The notes beneath the pieces were generated by a model. It saw nothing but the letters and a program-made list of their open reading frames with translations, made no database searches and was not told the origin of the DNA. DNA of 64,000 bases from contig JBDRWD010000007.1 of NCBI GenBank assembly GCA_039802205.1, forward strand, positions 2,433-66,432. The letters are read 5' to 3'. Numbering within the stretch: the stretch's first letter is position 1; every line of letters starts with the position of its first letter. Both the position numbers and the translations under genes were made by a program. This DNA comes from a candidate division WOR-3 bacterium. GTDB taxonomy: Bacteria > Hydrothermota > Tepidihabitantia > SM23-42 > JAOAFX01. This document shows positions 58,527-64,000 of the stretch, piece after piece.

Positions 58527-61057
58527 TGAAGTGTCCATTCCTTGTTAGGCGCAAAGAGATCTTTGATCGTGAAGGGAAAAAACTCGGTGAGGAGATAGAG
58601 ATAAAGGAGTGTATAAAAAACGAATGCATGGTTTATGATGGTGCGGCTAAACTTTGTTCTTTGCTTTCTACCAATATCAAAAATGGTATTATCATTGAGG
58701 ATTTCAAAAATGGTGTTAAGGAGATAAAAGAAGAGATGTTCCAGCGGACCGAGGCAATTGGTGTGATTCTTTCTACCACCGTGCAAACCTTTCAAGATGC
58801 CCTGCTTAACCGCTTTGATCTGATGAAGAAACAGAATGAAGTCATCATCCTGGGTTTTGATCGATTGACTGAATTACAGAATACTTTGATTGAAACGATT
58901 AAATCCCAGGCGGAAAAGAATTTAAATCAACTCGGCGCCCTGAGTAATCTTGGAGAAAAGCAGATTGAGGAATTGAAGACGCTCAAGGAGTCCTACAATA
59001 ATCTGACAAGCACCCAGCAGCGCATGAGCGAAGAACTGAGGCATTATTTTGAGGAATTGAAAAACAATTTCAATACCGTGAATGAGTATATCAACTCGCG
59101 AACCGAGGTTTTGAAGAATTCTCTTGAGCGGTTGATGACTACATATCAAGCAGGGGCTGAAGCAGTTAATAACACCCTGGAGCGCACCCACACCCTTATC
59201 CAGGAAATTGGTAAGCGCTTTGATGCAGTAGAAAATATCGGTCTGGGTGTAAACAGCCTTGCGGATTTAATAAAAAATGAACTCACGGGTATGAAATCCG
59301 AAGTGGTTAACTCCGTGAACACCATCAGTGCGCAGTTTGGGGAGTTAAAATCTGCTTATTGGACGGGAATACAGAATCAGCAGGAGATTTTAAACAAAAC
59401 CTTTGGTGGATTTCAGGATGCCCTCAATAATCAGTTAGAAAATTTGAAAAATACAATGCTCAATTTCCTCCAGAATCAGGTGGAAAGTCAGCAAAATCTG
59501 TTAAAAGACCTTGAAGGAACGATTGGTTTTAAACTGGATGAGTTAAAAGTGCTCTTTAACGAATTTGCCAAACTCCAGCAGAGCAGCGGAGAAGTATTCA
59601 GCAGTCACCTGGAAAAAGTAGGTAATAATTTGACAAACAGACTTGATGAGTTGGCGAGTGTGATTAAATCTGAACTGGGGAATTTGAAGAACGAGTTTAT
59701 CGGCAATATAAGCGGGATGCAGAATGGTTTTGTATCGATAGCAGGGACTATAAATGAATTGAAAGAATCGTTAACTCAGCGCCTGGGAACAATCCAGGAG
59801 ACTGTTAAAGGTGTAGAGGTGCCATTAAGTGAATTGAAAAACTTTTTAAGCAGTCAACTGAGTTCAGTTGTGGAGAGGTTGAAGGATTACGAAGCACCCA
59901 TCAATGAGCTAAAAGAGATCATCGGTAATCAATTCCGCGCCTTACAGGAAAGCCTGAAAAATTACGAAGGACCGCTCCAGGCATTAAAAGATGCATTGGC
60001 TGAGCAATTGATCACAGCCCAGGAAGGTCTGAAAAAGTATGATGAATTGAATAATGTATTAAAGGGCGGTATCTACAATATCGGCGAATTCTTGAACAAT
60101 ACCAATCAGCACTATTTGAATTCCCTGAATAACATCCAAAATGCGATCGTCAATTTAGAAGGATTTTTCGAGAAAACCCAAAACAACATCGCCAATATGA
60201 GTGAGATGATGACAAATCTCAACCGTAACTACCTTGAATCCCTGGGTAAAATCGCTGGGCTTGCCGAGGGTATGCGCAAAGGGGTGGAGCTGGTAGGCGA
60301 GAATATCCAGGAATCGGTGAAAGGCTTGATTAGCGCGATGAAAAACGAAATCGGGGCTCTGGAACAACAGTATGAGAAGACTTTTAGTGATATTGCGCGG
60401 CTTTCCGAAAGATTCGGTGAACTCAACAGCCGGATCACTGCCATGACTAATGAGATTCAGCGGCAATTTAAGGATTTGCTCGAACAACAACTCGAAGTGT
60501 CAAAATTCAGCAGTGAGGTGCTGAAGAGTCTAAAAGAATATTTTATCAAACAGGAAGAACAATATAAAGCAGAACAGGCAGCGAAACGCAAAAAGGATGC
60601 CTTGGACCATTTTGACCGTGCTACCCTCTATTATTATCGAGGCAACTATGAACTCGCCTTGAATGAAATTGAACGCGCCCTTGAGCTGGACCGCCTTGCC
60701 GAGTATTTGAATTTAAAGGGGCTGATATTGACAGAACTGGGGCGGGCTGAAGAGGCGAAAGATTCCTTTGAGGAAGCATTAAAATTGGAACCGAATCTTG
60801 CGGAGATTTATAATAATTTTGGGCTTTTATATGTCAAATCCAAAAAGCTCAATGAGGCCGTCGGGATGTTCCAGGAGGCGATAAAAAGGAATGTAAACTA
60901 TGCCCTTGCATACACGCATCTGGGCAAGGTATTGCTGGAACTGGAACGCTTTGAGGAGGCGATCGCTGCCTTCCAGCGGGCATTGGAAATCGATCCCACC
61001 AACCGGGAGGCACAGGAGGCAATAGAACTTTATCAGAAGGGAAAGCTCAAAACTTGA
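58523..61057 (+). CDS. coiled-coil protein with N-terminal Cys cluster and C-terminal TPR repeats (844 aa)
   Basis: The N-terminus has MMKCPF..C..C. There is ~600 aa of heptad-like Q/E/L/N-rich coiled coil, then ~150 aa of C-terminal TPR. Confidence 0.6.
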   Translation: MMKCPFLVRRKEIFDREGKKLGEEIEIKECIKNECMVYDGAAKLCSLLSTNIKNGIIIEDFKNGVKEIKEEMFQRTEAIGVILSTTVQTFQDALLNRFDLMKKQNEVIILGFDRLTELQNTLIETIKSQAEKNLNQLGALSNLGEKQIEELKTLKESYNNLTSTQQRMSEELRHYFEELKNNFNTVNEYINSRTEVLKNSLERLMTTYQAGAEAVNNTLERTHTLIQEIGKRFDAVENIGLGVNSLADLIKNELTGMKSEVVNSVNTISAQFGELKSAYWTGIQNQQEILNKTFGGFQDALNNQLENLKNTMLNFLQNQVESQQNLLKDLEGTIGFKLDELKVLFNEFAKLQQSSGEVFSSHLEKVGNNLTNRLDELASVIKSELGNLKNEFIGNISGMQNGFVSIAGTINELKESLTQRLGTIQETVKGVEVPLSELKNFLSSQLSSVVERLKDYEAPINELKEIIGNQFRALQESLKNYEGPLQALKDALAEQLITAQEGLKKYDELNNVLKGGIYNIGEFLNNTNQHYLNSLNNIQNAIVNLEGFFEKTQNNIANMSEMMTNLNRNYLESLGKIAGLAEGMRKGVELVGENIQESVKGLISAMKNEIGALEQQYEKTFSDIARLSERFGELNSRITAMTNEIQRQFKDLLEQQLEVSKFSSEVLKSLKEYFIKQEEQYKAEQAAKRKKDALDHFDRATLYYYRGNYELALNEIERALELDRLAEYLNLKGLILTELGRAEEAKDSFEEALKLEPNLAEIYNNFGLLYVKSKKLNEAVGMFQEAIKRNVNYALAYTHLGKVLLELERFEEAIAAFQRALEIDPTNREAQEAIELYQKGKLKT

Positions 61058-61084
61058 AGAAAATAATTTTCCAAGGGGGAGGAA

Positions 61085-61831
61085 ATGTCCCGGATATTTG
61101 GATTTTTGATCTTGTTTTCCGTTCTTTTTGGCGATGTGATGTATGAGGTCACGACCCGGTTTGAAGGTATGCCGGACCTGGAGAGCGGATTTCTGACCAT
61201 CCGGAATTTCATCAAAGGTTGGTGTGTGCGAATAGAAATGAAGTCAGAATCTTCAGCACTCTCCAACAAACCGATGGTGATGGTGCTTCACTTAGACAAA
61301 GGGGTTTCCTGGATTCTGGACCTGGAAAAAAAGGAATATGTTGAATTACCGCTTGATGTTCTCATGAAAGATCGGCTTCCAGGAGATTCCAAGTGCCTAC
61401 CACAATTTAAAATTGAAAAACTCCCTGAAATTAGGGAGATTCTGAAGATCAAGTGTGAAAAGTATCTTCTCACAATGACCCTCCAGACTGATAACGAAAA
61501 GATAACGATTACCCAGATAATGTGGCTGGGCCGTGATTTTCTCGGTTATCAGGAAATCAAGGAATTTAATCGGAAACTGGGAGGGAAAATAATCACCATG
61601 GGACTTTTTGATCAGGATAAAGCCTATTACCATGATTTACAGAAAAAGATCGCAGAACTGGATGGTTTTCCTCTGGAATTGGAATTCACAGTAAAGATTG
61701 AAGGCCGGAATGTGATAGAATTGAGAGGTTCAAGCACTGTAAACAAGATCACCACAGTCCCGATCAGCAACCGGGTTTTTGAAATTCCTGAAGGGTATCA
61801 GCCAGCGGAGATTCCTGGGATTGATTTATGA
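61085..61831 (+). CDS. hypothetical exported protein
   Basis: RBS GGGGAGGAA before the ATG. Signal peptide MSRIFGFLILFSVLFG. Confidence 0.5.
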   Translation: MSRIFGFLILFSVLFGDVMYEVTTRFEGMPDLESGFLTIRNFIKGWCVRIEMKSESSALSNKPMVMVLHLDKGVSWILDLEKKEYVELPLDVLMKDRLPGDSKCLPQFKIEKLPEIREILKIKCEKYLLTMTLQTDNEKITITQIMWLGRDFLGYQEIKEFNRKLGGKIITMGLFDQDKAYYHDLQKKIAELDGFPLELEFTVKIEGRNVIELRGSSTVNKITTVPISNRVFEIPEGYQPAEIPGIDL

Positions 61832-61853
61832 GGGAATAAAAGCGGGTATTTTT

Positions 61854-62402
61854 GTGTATCATAATAATGAGAGCGATGAAACGCTCATTCAGGCGGTAAA
61901 GGAAGGTGACCCCGAGGCTTTCGGGCCGCTGATTGAGCGTCATAAGATTGCGATCTATCGCCTTGTTTACCGGATGGTGCACAATCGGGATGATGCCGAG
62001 GATTTGGTGCAGGAGATCTTTATCAAGGCTTATAAAGGGATTAAGAGCTTCAAGCCCGGCTATAAATTTCTTCCTTGGTTATCCCGTATTGCAGTCAACC
62101 ATACCTTGAATTTTATAAAGAAGGAAAAGAAGGTGGAAGTTCAACCATTGGAATGGGTTGCAAATTATAATGACGGGAAAAATAATCCGGCGGAGATAGT
62201 AAAGCAGAAGATTTTAAAAGAAAAAGTTCTGGCAGCAATGGAACAATTACCCAATGAATACCGGATCGTCTTACTTTTAAGGGTGGAAGAAGGACTATCT
62301 TATGAAGAGATTGGCCAGGCGTTGAACATTCCCCGGGGCACGGTGATGTCTCGTCTTGCCCGGGCAAGGCAGCGGCTCAAAGAATTGCTAGAAGGGATTT
62401 GA
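61854..62402 (+). CDS. RNA polymerase sigma-70 factor, ECF subfamily
   Basis: Region 2 (DAEDLVQEIFIKAYK) and region 4 (LSYEEIGQALNIPRGTVMSRLARARQRLK). The start is uncertain: GTG 61854, or ATG 61779 overlapping the upstream gene. Confidence 0.8.
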   Translation: MYHNNESDETLIQAVKEGDPEAFGPLIERHKIAIYRLVYRMVHNRDDAEDLVQEIFIKAYKGIKSFKPGYKFLPWLSRIAVNHTLNFIKKEKKVEVQPLEWVANYNDGKNNPAEIVKQKILKEKVLAAMEQLPNEYRIVLLLRVEEGLSYEEIGQALNIPRGTVMSRLARARQRLKELLEGI

Positions 62403-62404
62403 TT

Positions 62405-63151
62405 ATGGAGCACGGAAAAGAAAAGGCTACCTGCAATATGCCCTTGGAATTGCTCAGTGCTTATCTTGATAATGAACTCAGTGGAAGAGAGAAGGAGCAG
62501 GTTGCCGATCATCTCAATACCTGCCCTCACTGTCGACGCTGGGTTGAAGAATGCAAAAAAATTGAAGATACAATTCGTGAGGCGGAGATTCAAGAACCTT
62601 CGACGGATTTCATGTATCAGCTGAAAAACAAGGTATTAAGTGAAGTCGGAAAAAAGAAAAGGGTAGCATTATGGCGTTACTTATCCATCTTAGCACCAGT
62701 GGCTGCGGTTCTTTTGATTATTATTTTGAAAGAGCCAAAACAGGTAAAACCAGTGGTGGGGATGGAATATCAGGTTGCCTATACGGAGATTAAAGAGGAA
62801 AAAGCTGAATCACCAATGCCCTTATCCAAAACACGAAGGTCAACGAAGCAAAATTTATCCAGTCCGATCGCTCCTGTGGCTACAGAGATCCAAACTAAAA
62901 AAACACCGGAATGGAATCTGGAAGTAAGTCCAGCAGAAGTAGGGATGATAGCAGGGAAAGAGATAATCAGAGCAATGGTCGATTCCACAGGTCGGGTGGT
63001 GAATGTGGCCAGGGGAAAATCGCTCAGCCCAGAGGAAGATACCACCCTCTTGCGACTCTTAAAAGGCAAAAAGATTGCATCTCCAAGGCTTCAGGGAAGA
63101 CCATCTCAGGTCTTTATTGAAATCCCTCCTGAGTCCTCAGGTTCCCGCTGA
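62405..63151 (+). CDS. putative zinc-finger anti-sigma factor (single TM)
   Basis: Immediately downstream of the ECF sigma gene (TGA/ATG 2 nt apart). HLNTCPHCRRWVEEC zinc motif and one TM (ILAPVAAVLLIIIL). Confidence 0.6.
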   Translation: MEHGKEKATCNMPLELLSAYLDNELSGREKEQVADHLNTCPHCRRWVEECKKIEDTIREAEIQEPSTDFMYQLKNKVLSEVGKKKRVALWRYLSILAPVAAVLLIIILKEPKQVKPVVGMEYQVAYTEIKEEKAESPMPLSKTRRSTKQNLSSPIAPVATEIQTKKTPEWNLEVSPAEVGMIAGKEIIRAMVDSTGRVVNVARGKSLSPEEDTTLLRLLKGKKIASPRLQGRPSQVFIEIPPESSGSR

Positions 63152-63152
63152 A

Positions 63153-63827
63153 TTATTCTTTGTGACGCATAAACTTTCTCGCTGCATCCTGTTCGGCTTC
63201 TTTTTTACTCTTCCCCTTTCCTTGGGCAACCGACTGTTCATCGATAAACAACTCCACAAAGAATGTTTTATCGTGAGGAAGTCCTTGTTCCTGCGTTACT
63301 ATATATTTAACCGTTTTTTTATGCTTCATAGCCCATTCGTTTAGTAATGATTTATAATCCCGGGGCAATCGAAATTTTTTATTTAAAAGGATTTTTTTTA
63401 AGAATTCTTTTGTATACGAAAAACCTTGGTCAAGATAGAGGGCGCCGATCAATGCCTCCAGACAACCACTAATATTTGAGGCTCTTTCTCTTCCTCCGGT
63501 TAGTTCTTCACCTCGATCGAGGATGAGAAAATTACCGAGTCCTAACGTCTTGCCGAGTCGATAAAGCGCCTCCTCACTCGTGTACCTCTTTTTCAATTGA
63601 TTCAATCTTCCTTCTTCTGCCCCGGGATGTTTTTCTATTAAAAACTCCCGTACCACCAACTCTAATACCGCATCGCCGAGAAATTCGAGGGTTTCATTGG
63701 ACGCTTCCGGGGAATCGGGCACAGCTGAGGAGTGGGTAAGTGCCTTTTGGAGGAGTTTTTTGTTTTTAAATTTTAGACCCAGTGCCTTCTCAATATCTTT
63801 AGATGTGGGCGATCGCCTCGATTTCAA
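63153..63827 (-). CDS. rnc: ribonuclease III
   Basis: ERLEFLGDAVLELVVREFL signature plus a C-terminal dsRBD. TTG start. Confidence 0.9.
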   Translation of the reverse strand: MKSRRSPTSKDIEKALGLKFKNKKLLQKALTHSSAVPDSPEASNETLEFLGDAVLELVVREFLIEKHPGAEEGRLNQLKKRYTSEEALYRLGKTLGLGNFLILDRGEELTGGRERASNISGCLEALIGALYLDQGFSYTKEFLKKILLNKKFRLPRDYKSLLNEWAMKHKKTVKYIVTQEQGLPHDKTFFVELFIDEQSVAQGKGKSKKEAEQDAARKFMRHKE

Positions 63828-64000
63828 TGAGTGCTCCTTTAGGTAGGCTGCTCACAAAAATTGTCGTCCTTGCCGGAGGTTCGGTCTCGAAATACTGGGC
63901 GTAGATTTCGTTCATCAAGGGAAAGTCTGTTGGTCTGGTGAGGTAGACGGTGGTCTTTACTACATTCTTCAGGTCCACACCCGCGGCAATCAAAACCGCC
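63799..64000 (-). CDS. ridA: RidA/YjgF family reactive-intermediate deaminase (C-terminal part; gene continues beyond window end)
   Basis: ..KTTVYLTRPTDFPLMNEIYAQYF..PARTTIFVSSLPKGALIEIEAIA matches the RidA C-terminus. Confidence 0.7.
   Translation of the reverse strand, partial: AVLIAAGVDLKNVVKTTVYLTRPTDFPLMNEIYAQYFETEPPARTTIFVSSLPKGALIEIEAIAHI

Overview
64 kb of low-GC bacterial chromosome, most likely from an uncultured FCB-group or candidate-phylum organism. Supporting that placement: many proteins end in type IX secretion (T9SS/Por) C-terminal sorting domains, the SRP RNA is the long Bacillus-type form with an Alu domain, and there is a GGGP-synthase homolog. Most of the window is ordinary core content. 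It holds purM and purD, rho, rpmE, prfB with its classical +1 frameshift, recJ, thyX-like, dnaX-ybaB with SRP RNA upstream, alr, rnc and ridA. There is a TetR-controlled double RND efflux operon with TolC, an LPS/glycan-type cluster (WbaP plus two GT-C membrane proteins), an ECF sigma/anti-sigma pair, and two tRNAs.

The most unusual region is 1.4-7.9 kb. Four consecutive plus-strand genes for T9SS-sorted secreted proteins each carry one in-frame TGA. Each TGA is followed 14-25 nt later by a short hairpin with a GU-containing apical loop, which fits a bacterial SECIS. Two of the genes are paralogous thioredoxin-fold proteins with a U-x-x-C motif at the position of a CxxC redox centre. In each of the other two, the TGA joins a signal-peptide-bearing N-terminal part to a C-terminal part carrying the T9SS sorting domain. 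TGA is a genuine stop elsewhere in the window, for example at ATGA gene overlaps in the efflux operon. The locus is therefore best read as a cluster of secreted selenoproteins, not as a recoded genome or pseudogenes.

Other notable observations:
- Heptanucleotide tandem repeats sit inside the CTD-coding part of two of these genes (candidate slipped-strand phase variation).
- A ~200-290 bp structured intergenic element occurs twice (8.8-9.1 kb and 51.7-51.9 kb), each copy upstream of a minus-strand gene for an exported protein.
- A 33-bp tandem array plus a DUF559 gene is inserted in the efflux operon.
- A near-perfect palindromic operator lies upstream of the TetR gene.
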